Assembly (NCBI RefSeq): GCF_009914755.1
Contig: NC_060926.1
DNA: 64,000 nt
Source: the human T2T-CHM13v2.0 reference genome, Homo sapiens
Strand: one strand, 5' to 3'
The translations under genes and the position numbers were made by a program. Below are positions 1-11,675 of the stretch, piece by piece. Every line of letters starts with the position of its first letter. Positions within the stretch are counted from its first letter, which is position 1. Below the pieces are notes generated by a model. That model had not been told where the DNA came from. It made no database searches and saw only the letters and a program-made list of their open reading frames with translations.

Positions 1-94
1 CAGGTGGAATATGGGAGTGACCCAGGGCTGCCATTGCTTCTGGTAGACAGTTTAGAGCACGTGTGTCCATTGTAGAGTCAACAAAACACATTTG

Positions 95-312
95 GGCCAG
101 GCACAGTGGCTCACACCTGTAAAGCTAACACTTTTGGAGGCCAAGGTGAGAGGATCACTTGAGACCAGAAGTTTGAGACCAGCCTGGGCAAAAAAGCGAT
201 AACTCATCTCTACAAAAAATAGAAAAAAAAAAAAAAATAGCCACGCATGGTGGTACACAAATCTAGTTCCAGCTACTCATTGGGAGAATTGCTTGAGCCT
301 GGGAGGTCAAGA
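95..312 (+). mobile_element. Alu SINE, old (AluJ-like), 3'-truncated
   Basis: GGCCAGGCACAGTGGCTCACACCTGT start, A-rich linker, partial right arm with GCTTGAGCCTGGGAGGTCAAG. Confidence 0.9.
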
Positions 313-678
313 ATGCATTTGTTTAAAAGACAGCATAGAGTTAGTCTTCTTTTCCAGGACATAGGACTCTCTCTTCCTTCTAGCTGTTCCCACTCCCTTC
401 TCAATACTAGTATTCCTCTGAAAATGTTTTTATCTTCATTTATTCATAAGCTAACAATTGAACTGCAATAGTTGGATGAATGGAAGTGACTTTATAGAAG
501 CAGAGGGACAGATGGAAAGGGATGTGAAGACACTCCCCTGCTGGCTTTGAAGAGGGAGGAAGGGGTTATGTGTGAGGGGTATAGGCAGCCTCTGGAAGCT
601 GAAAAGGGTGAGATAACAGATTCTTTCCTAGAGCCTCAAGAAGGAACCCGACCCACTGCCACCTTGGCATTAGCCTGG

Positions 679-1054
679 TGTAAGGAAAGTGCATGTGCTG
701 TGGTCAAGAATAAGCCAAGGCAGACATCCAGTCCAGCATGACTCAGTGAATTTGGAACGCAGGCATACAACTCCACACATTATGTAACCACACCACATGA
801 GGTGCATTAGGTGATCACCCACATGAGCTCGTGCTTGGCTTAGAGCCACTATTGTCTGTAAAAGGTATAATTACCCTGCTAACACTGTACATATGGCTTG
901 TGCCCATGGCTTGTGCCACGGTGTGTACCCAGGCTCACTCACACCCAGAGAGAGAGTAAAACCATGTCAAAACTGTCTACAATTCCTTGAGTGTTTTTCC
1001 AACTACCTGACACTCACCCTTTGACTCCCCTCAGAACTCAGTTAGAACCTGACA
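679..1054 (+). mobile_element. 5' LTR (LTR18-like)
   Basis: TGTAAGGAAA...AGAACCTGACA; AP-1 site TGACTCA 739-745, PAR-bZIP site ATTATGTAAC 779-788, AGTAAA polyA-like signal. Confidence 0.88.
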
Positions 1055-1056
1055 AT

Positions 1057-1074
1057 TGGTGTCACAAACAGGAT
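1057..1074 (+). promoter_or_regulatory. Retroviral primer binding site, tRNA-Ser(CGA) type
   Basis: TGGTGTCACAAACAGGAT equals TGGCGTCACGAACAGGAT (complement of a tRNA-Ser 3' end, from memory) with two CpG deaminations; 2 nt after the LTR end. Confidence 0.8.
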
Positions 1075-1119
1075 TTCAGAGTGAGTGAGCCTTCAGTCCC
1101 CACCGATTCTGGGTCAGCC

Positions 1120-3120
1120 ATGTGGCTGCAACATGGATTGTGGTACCCGGTGGCAGCCGTATTGCTCAGATGGGCTCTGGTAGAAACCTGGGTGGCAGTA
1201 GATGAGTCCCCTGCAAGCAGGGAAAGGCACTGAAGCAGCTAGAAGCACAGAGCACCAAGAAAGAATGAACCTTTGCCAGCAGAGTTGGATGGGCATTTTT
1301 GACCACGCTATGAGAAGTACACACCCAGTCCCTGAGGGATGCTGCAGAGGTGAGGACCCTCCAGACGCAGGCAGGTCACCTGGATGCCTGGCTACATATT
1401 TCAGAAAAAGAGTTAGAAGCTTCTGTGAATGGGGACCTCCAGGTGCAGGTGGGGTGCCTAGAGGCCCGGCTTCAGAGCTTGGAAAAAGAATTAGAGGCTG
1501 CTGTGAATGCAGGCCTGGAGGTCATCAGCAGTACCAAGGGGTCCATGCTGTAAAGAAGGCAAAGATGCCCCACCTGCGGGGGCCTCCCCAGTGAGAGAAA
1601 ATGGGGCCTCAATGAGTGACACACTCACAGATGCAGATAGATTTGATTTTAGCTTGGGCTGACTGAGAGAAAATCGATAAGCAGCCCAATGAAGTACTCT
1701 TAACTTTGTGGAGACAGTTGTCTTTGGAACACCAATTCCAGAAAATGCCCAAGTAGGGGAAGGACATTGCTGTGTGACCCAGTCCCACCCAGGGACTTCA
1801 GCTCAAAGACTACGTGCTGCAGCCAGGCTGGGGTGTAAAGCCTTTTCTGTTTGATGAGGGAACTGGCCAAGGTGCTTGGCCACTGGACGACTGGAGGCCA
1901 CATGTGAAATGAGCGATCCACTGGTCCCCCACCAACGTACGGCAAGTGCTGGCGCTGGTAGACATCAATGCAGATATATTCTGGGGGTGGATGTTTTACA
2001 CAGCTTGGCAGCTGTGCTGTCTGTCATGAACTTGATGGACCACTTGACGATTGAATTGGGACAGTACCACTACGTGGTGGACTTGGCTAATGCATTTTTT
2101 TTTTCTAGAGAGCCAGAAACAGTTTGTCTTCATGGGAGGGCAACAATGAACTTTCACAGGGTTGCCTCAGTGCTATATGCCTAGCCCCACTGTATGTCAT
2201 GGTCTTGTTGATAATGTTATGTTAACCTCTGATTCTCTTGCAGATTTAGAAGTGGCAACACTCCTCTTGCCTGAGATTGGGATGATGCAGCTGAGACTGC
2301 CTTCCTGGCAGCCAAGGGGGCTATTCAGTAGGCAGAAGCCCTATGGGTAGTTGACCAGGAGTGCCCATTTGAGCAGGATGTGCATGTGACAACAGATGGT
2401 TTTGGTTGGGGCCTGTGGCAGCACATGGAGCACTTGAGAACGCCAGTAGGTTTTTGGTCCCAATGATGGAAGGGAGCTGAGCACCAGTATTCCTTGATAG
2501 AGAAACAGCTAGCAGCTATATATGCCACCCTTCAGGCTTGTGAGAGTATGGCAGGATGGGCTGCAGTCATCATGCAGATGACTTACCCGATAGTGGGATG
2601 GGTGCATTCATGCATAACAATCCCCTGGACTGGGATGGTGCAGACATCCACTTTAGCAAAGTGGGGCACCTACTTAGAACAGCAGAGTACACTGAGTACA
2701 AGCCCCTTAGGAGCAAAGTTGCAAGAGGTCTTGGGATCTGTAGTCCTAATGCACAATAAGGCCATGGGGTCTGAGGCACCCCTAGACCCTGAGCCTTCAC
2801 TGTTTAAGGAAGGGTGTCCCCCATTCCCAATGGGACATGGTATATGGATGGGTCTAGCCAGGATGCTGCTGCTGCCTGGACTTCTGTTGAAGTCCAGCCT
2901 AGTACTGACACCATATGGTTTGATAGCAGGTGTGGATATAGTAGCCAATGGGCTGAGTTTAGAGCAGCATAGATGGTGATCACCAAGGAAGCGACACCTA
3001 TGGTAATCTGTACCAATAGCTGGATGTTCTAATGAGGCTTGACCTTGTGGTTAACCACCTGGAAAATACAGAAGTGGCTAGTTGGCCACCAACCCATGTG
3101 GGGCCAAGCCATGTGACAAG
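1120..3120 (+). pseudogene. Degenerate ERVL gag / protease / RT / RNase H fragments with large deletions
   Basis: Coiled-coil gag-like peptide (LQSLEKELEAAV), protease-like VLALVD, RT YVVDLANAFF, tether IEKQLAAIYATL, RNase H-like WYMDGSS...SSQWAE; many stops and frameshifts. Confidence 0.8.
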
Positions 3121-3451
3121 ACCTGTAGGTGGAAGGATGACCTCCTCCAACCAAGCATGGGACAAATGGTAACCTGTTGTTGCCTGCCCCAGTGCCCCTA
3201 AAGGTAGGGAAATAAAAACTTGGCTTAATGTATAAAGCAACATTGGGGTAACATCACCATGGGGTGGTTGCACGCCATAACCTGGAGTTATTTGCTCCCT
3301 GTATTACTGCTGTGGCCTCTGAGTCCAGGGTTCCACCCTGTGGGTGCATCTCCCCACTAGAAAAACCCTCAGCCTAGGGGGTGGAATATAAGGCCTATGC
3401 ATCAGACCTGTGTGTCCAAGACCTGTGTCTCCCTTGGCCTTGGGGATGGAA

Positions 3452-3827
3452 TGTAAGGAAAATGGATGTGCTGCAGTCAAGAATAGGCCGAGGCAGACAT
3501 CTGGTCCAGTGTGACTCAGCGAGTTTGGAGCGCAGGCACGTAACTCCACACATTATGTAACCACGCCATTTGAGGTGCATTAGGTGACCACCCACATGAG
3601 CTTGTGCTTGGCTCAGAGCCACTATTGCCTGTAAAATGTATAATTACCCTGCTAACACTGTACATATGGCTTGCGTCCATGGGTCATACCCAAGCACATG
3701 CCCAAGCTTGCTTGTGCCCAGAGAGAGAGTAAAACCATGTCAAAACTGTCTACGACTTCTTGAGTGTTTTTCCAGCTCCCTGCCACTTGCCCACCAACAC
3801 CCCTCAGACCTCAGTTAGAACCTGACA
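3452..3827 (+). mobile_element. 3' LTR (LTR18-like)
   Basis: Direct repeat of 679-1054, preceded by GGGGATGGAA; TGACTCAGC 3512-3520, ATTATGTAAC 3552-3561. Confidence 0.88.
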
Positions 3828-6800
3828 CCTGCTAAAACTGATTTTGAATTTCTGGCCCCCAGAATCATAAACAAATACATTTATGTTCTTTTAAACCACT
3901 CAATTTGCGGATTGTTACAGCAGCAACAGGAAACTAATATACCCTTGAAACAATTAAGCATTTTTTTAAAAAAATCTCATGGGACCTTCTTTATACTAAA
4001 GGACCAAGGGTGTTGAGATTTCCAGCAGAGCATCCAAGTCCTTTGGCACCTGATACCTAGCTTTGCTCTCCAGGCATGTGGTGAACAAACATCCTCTGCC
4101 TCCTGCTCCAAGGTGGGCTTCAAAGACTCCAACTACTCTATTTAGCAGAATCCTAATGTGTCTCAGGAGCTTATTAGGAGATACCTCTGGACACAAGCCA
4201 GTCACAGGCTTATCTGTCCTGGGACTCAGCTCATGGTAAAGCATATGGATTGCAGGCTTCATATTTTTTAAAATGCTTCTTAATTGATATTCTTAATTCA
4301 ATCAGATTTCTTTCTCTGCAACCTGTCTGCCATTATAACTTCAGGGAAAGAGACAAGATAAATGCCACTTCAGGAGGGAGAGAGATGTAATTCTAGGGAA
4401 GTCTCTGTTAGACAGAAGGGATTAAAATTCTCCTCTTTCTGCCAGCATGGGTGAAGGAAGGGAATAGGAAAGAGACTGGGGTAGGGAAAGGAAGTAGCAC
4501 AGAAGGAACATGAACCATGACTTCCCCTGACTCAGGACTTGTGTTCTAGAGGTGGAGGCACGGTCTGTTCAATCTCCTGTTTAGAATCTTGAGAAGAGAT
4601 GCTCTACAGGGGCCCCACTCCAAACATGGCATGGGCCCTGTCATCTTACAGTCGTGGCCTAGAGTGACTTGGCAGAAGGAGGGACTTAATGCCTTTTCAG
4701 GTGCTCCCTGAGTTCTCCCTCTGGAGAGAAAGTCTCCAGAAGTTTCCCCATGGGGAAACTGCTCTAGGAGGGTGTGGTAGCTGATGGTGCTGGCTGGCAG
4801 GCTTAGCAGAAGATTCTACCCTGGAACTCCTGGGCCACTCATCACATGGCCCCTACAAACTGGTTCACCCCAACAGGTGCCGAGATGGGGTGGGATGAGG
4901 CACCTGACCAGGTTGAGAGAAATGGATCTGGAGTTCTTCAGCCTGAGACTTCAGCAGTGGATATCACCAGGGCAAGCAGTCACCAGGTGGACTCCAGCCA
5001 CTCATTTCAGAGGATAGCAAAGACCCAGGGAGCTTCAAAGAATTTTCCTGCAGAGCCAAGGCCCCTGCTGGCTGCCACAGACACCCAGGTGCCATCTTGG
5101 GAGAAGAAGGGGAAGTCACTAAAAGAGACCGCACCTTTACCTGAAAAGGAATATTTTAAACAAGAAAGAAACTAATTAAAATGGCCAGAACTGAGCTAGT
5201 GTTAATTGGCATTTTTACCTTTCATGATTACCTAGTAGGGAGCTCTTAAGGAAGATTGTATCAACCCATGATGAAATAATTGCAGTGGAGTGTAGTTCTG
5301 CCCTTAGATTCAGCAAGAGGGCACCTGCCCTGGCCTCCATGCCCCTGCTCTGGCCTTCTTGCTATGCTTCATTTTTGGGCAAGGAATCACAAGGCAGATG
5401 ATAGCCTCACCAGAGCCCATGCTCCCCCACTCAGTCCCCTGTCTAAACTCTTTCCACAGTACTTGGCACCTTGGAACTTCTGCCCAGTGGTCTTGAGCCA
5501 GCTTCCAGGGTTTGCAGGGGCCTCTACTCTGAGTCTTAACCTCTAAGGAAAGCTTGCACCGTCTATGTGTATATCTTAGGCCATGGAGTGGACAAAAGGT
5601 GGCCAATTTGTGACTTGAGCATTGGAGGATTGACTTCAGTGTCCACACACACGTGCAAAAAAGTCTCTTCTGGAACAGAATCAAGCTGGGAGTGAGAAGA
5701 GAAGGAGTAAGGCCAGAGACCTTCTGCCACCATATTCCATCCTGAAACTCCAAGTCATCCCAGAATTCTTTAATGAAATCTTGGTTTCAAAGTCATTATG
5801 AAGGTGTATTTGTGAAGGTGCAGAAATAGAACTAATTTATTACACCTTTTAAAATTTCAATTATAACCTTTAACTCTTTGGACTTGTGGTTCTTAATTCC
5901 ACTTATATTTTAACCATGATTTCCACAGATGTGGGCAGCCTGATGTAGTGTCATTAAATTAGACACTGAACGTGTAATTATACATATGAGAAGTCTTATC
6001 AAAGGGGAATTTAGAAGTTCCTACTGAAGTGAGTAGCATGAGCAGGAAACAAGTCTGTCACATTGCTTGTTTCTCTGCACACCTTTCATGGTGTTACAAC
6101 CACCTGGCCAAACTCATGCTGTTTTCAAGGGACATGTCCTACTCAGCATTTGTGCATCATTCCTTCCAGAAAGGCTCCACTGACTGGCTGATGCTCGGGG
6201 TCCCAGTGCTGTGCTCTTGCAGCCCCCTGAGTGTAGTGAAATTTTATTTCTGTTTCTTTCATCTGTGTATCTTAGGCCACTAGTGCTGGGCCTGACATAC
6301 AGAACACATTGTAGGAACATTGGTTGAGCTGAGCAATTGCTTCCCACTCTCTCAGCAACTTGATATGCATGTAAATTGAGCTGTGCAGCTGAACTGAGGT
6401 CCCCTGCTATTACAGGACAGGAAGCTTTATAGGTAGAGGCCCTCAATTTTTCAAGAAAGTCACCCCCATTTCCTGAAAATTATGACCTCTCGAAATAAAT
6501 TCTATCCTTTTTCTTTAACTATTAGAGTTGAACTCTGGTCGGAATCAACTTCAGGAAAGTAATTTCAGTGTCCTTGGTGAAGGTGATGATCTGAAGTAGC
6601 AAGCTCCAGCCTTTTATAGTTTTTCCAGGGAGAACATTATCATTTCTTTTCATAAGGCCAGTAACCCCTGCCCTCTTCATCTCATAATTGAAAAGAAGCA
6701 AAACTTATCACTGCATGTCTGACTATCCAAGTTTAGAGGTGATACAGGGCAAAAAGACCAGCCATTTAGTAATAGTTAATAATCTGCTGATTTGAGACAT

Positions 6801-8149
6801 CATTTAAGCTTAAGAGGGCTGCCTGACTATCCTACCGTTAACAGCAATTCTTTTTAAAAAATTAACTATGAGACACACTGAGAATTCATACAGATCCTCG
6901 CTTTGTTTCTTTGCTAAGTTTTTAGATAATTTTACATTTGTGCCAGGGCATTCTTTTTCATGCTGCTAGAATTGAAAAGAATCAGATAACAGGGGGAAGC
7001 AATCAATGACTATTATCTCCACTCTGACCTCCCATTTTGGGTGCGTTTCTCCCAAGGCTCACCCTGTGTAGCAATTAAGAAAAAGATGAAGTAGCTGAAC
7101 TCAGTTCTCTGTGTTATGTAGCTTGTTAGATACTTTGCATAGGAACATGTGGCCTCAGTCATCAAGGAGATTTTTGGAGGGTTCCAGGTCACCCTGACAC
7201 ACCCACTTGCCAGGTGACTGCTCTTATTTGAGTGCTCTTGTCTGAGTGGCTTACCTCAAACACCTGTTTCTCCGTCATTCCCTAACAAGGATACTCAGCT
7301 GTCCCAGGCAGTTTCTCAGAGGGCTTTCTGCCCAGAGCTTAAGATAGCTAAATTTCAAACAATACCCAATAATGAGATCCTTATAGAGCTATTTGGAATA
7401 ATTTTACCTAGGAGTACAATTTTCCTCTAGTAAAGACAACAATATTCCAAGTTAAATAAATGAAATATAATTAAGCATTAAATTGTCCCTCCCCTTAAAC
7501 AATTCATTACAGGTAAAAATATACAACAAGAAGGGTCAGAAGTATATAAATGTCTTCCCCATCCTAATGGAAAGACCTTTCCCAATAGTATAGTATAGTA
7601 CTTAGAATAACAGAAAGAACCAAAAAAGAAATATTTTTTCTAAGATTGTGTCCTGAGAGTGATTTGTTATGATCTGAAGGACCCAGGATTTAAGAGTTCA
7701 ACTAAATAGCAGATGTCTGACAGATAAATTTTCTGTAATACCATATTTTATTCTACCTAACCATTACACGTCCCTTTCATTCAAGATGGAAGTGTCTACT
7801 CTTCCCTTCTATGCCAGGTTTCCCATTGGTTATCACCATTATGAAAACTATAATATTGTGCTACTGTTATCTCTCTACCTGCCTGTCACCGACACCACTG
7901 TGGCCTCCCAGAAGCCAGATTACTGATATGTATATGTGTGTATATACGCACACACACACAATACATTTGTAATTGTTCACAGCAGACTGCTAACCTCAAC
8001 ATTATCATGTAAGAGAGACTCTAGTAATACTTTTAGGGCTCAAGAGGCTTTGGTGGAATTTGGAAATTCTTCCCAAGGCAAGAACTAAGACAGATGATAG
8101 TAGATGCTTTTTTCCTACCATTTCTTACATTTCATTTTCAATAGGCTTT

Positions 8150-8310
8150 TTCATAATAGTACATACTTCCCAGGGCTCATGTACTAAGTGCTTAGTTTTG
8201 TGCAAAGCAATTTATCTGTATCAGTTTATCCTGCAAGGTAGGTATTATTACTCCCATTTCATAGATGAGTTCATTGAGTCTTAATTTATATAACTTAACA
8301 AAAGTAACAG
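8150..8310. mobile_element. MIR fragment
   Basis: MIR core-like GGTAGGTATTATTACTCCCATTTCATAGATGAG. Confidence 0.6.
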
Positions 8311-9156
8311 TAAAAAAAAAAAGGAGAGTGACCCTTAATTCTTTTTGAGTTTTTTTATTGATATATAATTTCTGTACATTTTTTGTGGGGTACCTATGAT
8401 ACTTTGTTTTATACAGAGAGAATGTGTAATGATTGAGTCAGGGTATATATCACTTCAAGTATTTATCATTTCTATGTGTCAGAAACATTTCAAGTCATGT
8501 CTTCCAGCTATTTTGCAATATAGAAAACATTGTCATTACGTATAGTTGCCCTAGTCTCTTATCAAACATTAGAACTCCCTCCTACCTAATTATATGTTTG
8601 TACCCATTAACCAACCTCTCTTCATCCTCCTCACCCCCACACATATCCTTCTCATCCTCTGGTAACTCTCATTCTACTGCATACCTCCATAAGATCAGCT
8701 TATTTAGCACCTACATGAGTAAGAAAATGCATTATTTGTCTTTCTGCACCTGGCTTGTTTCACTTAACATAATGACCTTCAGTTCCAACCATGTTGCTGC
8801 AAATGAGAAGATTTAATTATATTTTTATGAGCGATCAGTATTCTATTGTGTATATATACCACATTTTCTTTATCCATTATTCATTGATGTACTTATGTTG
8901 ATTCCATATCGTTGCAATTATGAATATTGCTGCAATAAACATGGGGGCTGCAGTAAACATGGAGGTGATATACTGATTTTCTATCCTTTGGATAAATACC
9001 CAATAATGGAATTTCTGGGTCATATAGTAATTCTATTTTTAGCTTTTTGAGAAATCTCCATACTGTTTTCCTTACTGGCTGTATTAATTTACATTACCAC
9101 TAACAGTGTATAAGAGCTCCCTCTTCTCTGCACCATCACCAGTCTCACCATATATC

Positions 9157-9158
9157 TG

Positions 9159-9192
<34 letters not shown>

Positions 9193-9220
9193 CAAAATAA
9201 TATATATAGAGAGAGAGAGT
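9157..9220. repeat. (AT)15 microsatellite in a perfect palindrome, followed by (TA)n(GA)n
   Basis: TGTC(AT)15GACA at 9157-9194. Confidence 0.95.
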
Positions 9221-9375
9221 TTTTTTTCTAACTAGCATAAGATGATATCTCATTGTGGTTTTGAGTTTCCCTAATGATAAGTGATATTAACTATTTTTCA
9301 ATATACCTCTTGGCTAATTGTTTGTCTTTATTTGAGAAGTGTCCATTCAGATAGTTTGACCACTTCTTAATGTGA

Positions 9376-9407
<32 letters not shown>

Positions 9408-11379
9408 GCAGTTGTTTGAGTTCCTTCTATATTCTGGATATTAGTCTCTTGTCAGATGGATAGTTTGCAAATATTTGCTTCCATTTAACAGGCTGTCTCT
9501 TCACTCTTGATTGTTTTCTTTGCTGTGCAGAAACTTTTTATTTTACTATAGTCCCATTTGTTTATTTTCATTTTTCTTGTTCATGTTTTTGAGGTCTTAC
9601 CTATAAAATCTTTGCCTAGACCAATCTCCAGAAAAGTTTTCCCTAGGTTTTCATCTAGTATTTTTATACTTTTGCATCTTATGCTTAGGTTTTAAACAAT
9701 TTTGAGTTGCTTTTTGTACGTGGTGAGAAACACAATGTCTATTTTTATTCATCTGTATGTGGATATTCAGTTGTCCAGCACAATTTATTAAAAAGGGTTT
9801 CTTTTCAGCAATGTATGTTATTAGTACCTTTGTAAAAAATCTATTGGCTGTAAGTACATGAACTTATTTCTAGATTCTCTATTCTGTTTCATTAGTGTGT
9901 GTTTCTGTTTTTATACCAATGAGATGATGTTTGGGGTTTTGAAGTCAGGTAGTGCGATGCCTCCAGCTTTGTTCTTTTTGCTCAGGATTGGTTCAGCTAA
10001 ACTGGCTCTTTTGAGCTCCACACAAATTTTAGGATTACCCTTTCTATTTCTGTGAAAAAAACGACATTGGTATTTTGATAGGGATTGCACTGAATCAGCA
10101 GATTGCTTTGGGTAGTGTGGTCGTTCTTACAATATTAATTCTTTTGGTCATGAGCGTGGGATGTCCTTCCATTTGTGTTCTCTTCAGTTTCTTGCATCAT
10201 TGTTTTATAGTTTTTCTTATAGAGTTAGTTCACCTCCTTGGTTAAATTTATTTTTAGATTTTTTTTGTAGGAATTATAAATAGGATTGCCTTCTTGATTA
10301 TGTTTCAGCTAGTTCATTATTGGTATATAGAAATGCTACTGATTTCTGTATATGGATTTTATATTCTACAACTCATTAGATTTATATATCAGATCTAAGT
10401 TTTTTAAATGGAATCTTTATGTTTTTTGAAATATAAAATCATGTCATCTGCAAAGAGAAACAATTTGACATCTTTTTCAATTTGGATGCCTTTCATTTTT
10501 TTCTCTTGCCTGATTTCTCTGGCTAGGAATTCCAGTACTACATCGAATAAAAGTAGTAAAAGTGGATATCCTTGTCTTGTTCTAGTTCTTAGAGGAAATG
10601 CTTTTAACTTTTCTCCATTTAGTATGATGTTAGCTCTCAGTTTGTCATACATGGTCTTTATTATTTTGAGGTATGTTCCATCTGTGCCTAATGTGTTGAG
10701 AGTTTTTATTATGAAGGGATGCTGGATTTATCAAATGTTATTTCTGTCTATTGAGATGATCAAGTAGCTGTTGTCTTAAATTCTCTTTACGTGCTGTATT
10801 ACATTTGTTGATTTGCATATGTTGAACCATTTTTGCATCCCTAGCAAGAAACCCACTTGATCATGGTGTATTTTTTGATGTGATGTTGGATTTCATTTGC
10901 TTGCATTTTGATGAGGATTTTTGCATCTATGTTCACCAGGGATATTTGTAGTGTGGTATGGGGTGTGTGTGTGTGTGTGTTGTTGTTGTTGTATTCAGGA
11001 GGATTAATATCAGTTCTTCATATGTTTGGTGAAACTCATCTGTGAATCCATCTGATCCTGGGCTTTTTGTTGTTGTTGAGAGACTTTATATTACTGCTTC
11101 AAACTCACTATTTCTTATTGGTCAGTTCAGGATTTCTGTTTGTTCTTGGTTTCATTTTGGGAGGTTGTATGTTTCAGGAATTAATCCATTTTCTCTCAGT
11201 TTTCTCATTTGTGAGCATATAGTTTTTTCTTAATAGTCTCTGTTGATCTTTTGTATTTCTGTGGTATCAGTTGTTATGTCCCTTTTTTCATTTCTGATTA
11301 TGTTTATTTGGATCTTCTTTCTTCTTGGTTTGTTCAGCTAGTGGTTTATCAATTTTTTTTTTAATCTTTTTAAAGAACA

Positions 11380-11675
11380 GGCCAGGTGCAGTGGCTCATG
11401 CCTGTAATCCCAGCATTTTGGGAGGCCAAGGCGGGCAGATCACAAGGATCAGGGATTCGAGACCAGCCTGGCCAACATAGTGAAGCCCTCTCTCTACTAG
11501 AAATACAAAAATTAGCCGGGCATGGTAGCATGTGCCTGTATTCCCATCTATTGGGAGGCTGAGGCAGGAGAACCACTTGAACCCAGGAGGCGGAGGTTGT
11601 GGTGAGTTGAGATCATGCCACTGTACTCCAGACTGGACAAGAGAGTGACATTCGGTCTCAAAAAAAAGAAAAAAA
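11380..11675 (+). mobile_element. AluS
   Basis: Full dimer with A tail, inside L1MA. Confidence 0.95.

Larger units (their letters stand above)
679..3827 (+). mobile_element. Internally deleted ERVL provirus (LTR18/HERVL18, HERV-S type): LTR-PBS-gag/pro/pol remnants-PPT-LTR
   Basis: Two ~376 bp TG...CA direct repeats; 5-bp TSD CCTGG (674-678) / CCTGC (3828-3832); PBS after the 5' LTR; purine tract before the 3' LTR; RT motif VVDLANAFF. Confidence 0.9.
485..3941 (+). mobile_element. MLT1 (MaLR) LTR split by the ERVL provirus (pieces ~485-678 and 3828-3941)
   Basis: GATTCTTTCCTAGAGCCTCAAGAAGGAAC...ACCTTG before the insert resumes as TTCTGGCCCCCAGAA...TTGTTACAGCAGCAACAGGAAACTAATATA, the typical MLT1 3' end. 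Confidence 0.85.

Noticed and set aside
4784-5753. ORFs of 109 aa (4846-5175 +) and 147 aa (5310-5753 -) in GC-richer sequence
   Set aside because: No recognisable domain, no TSP1 cysteine pattern and no convincing splice sites; probably chance ORFs or an ancient repeat I cannot name.
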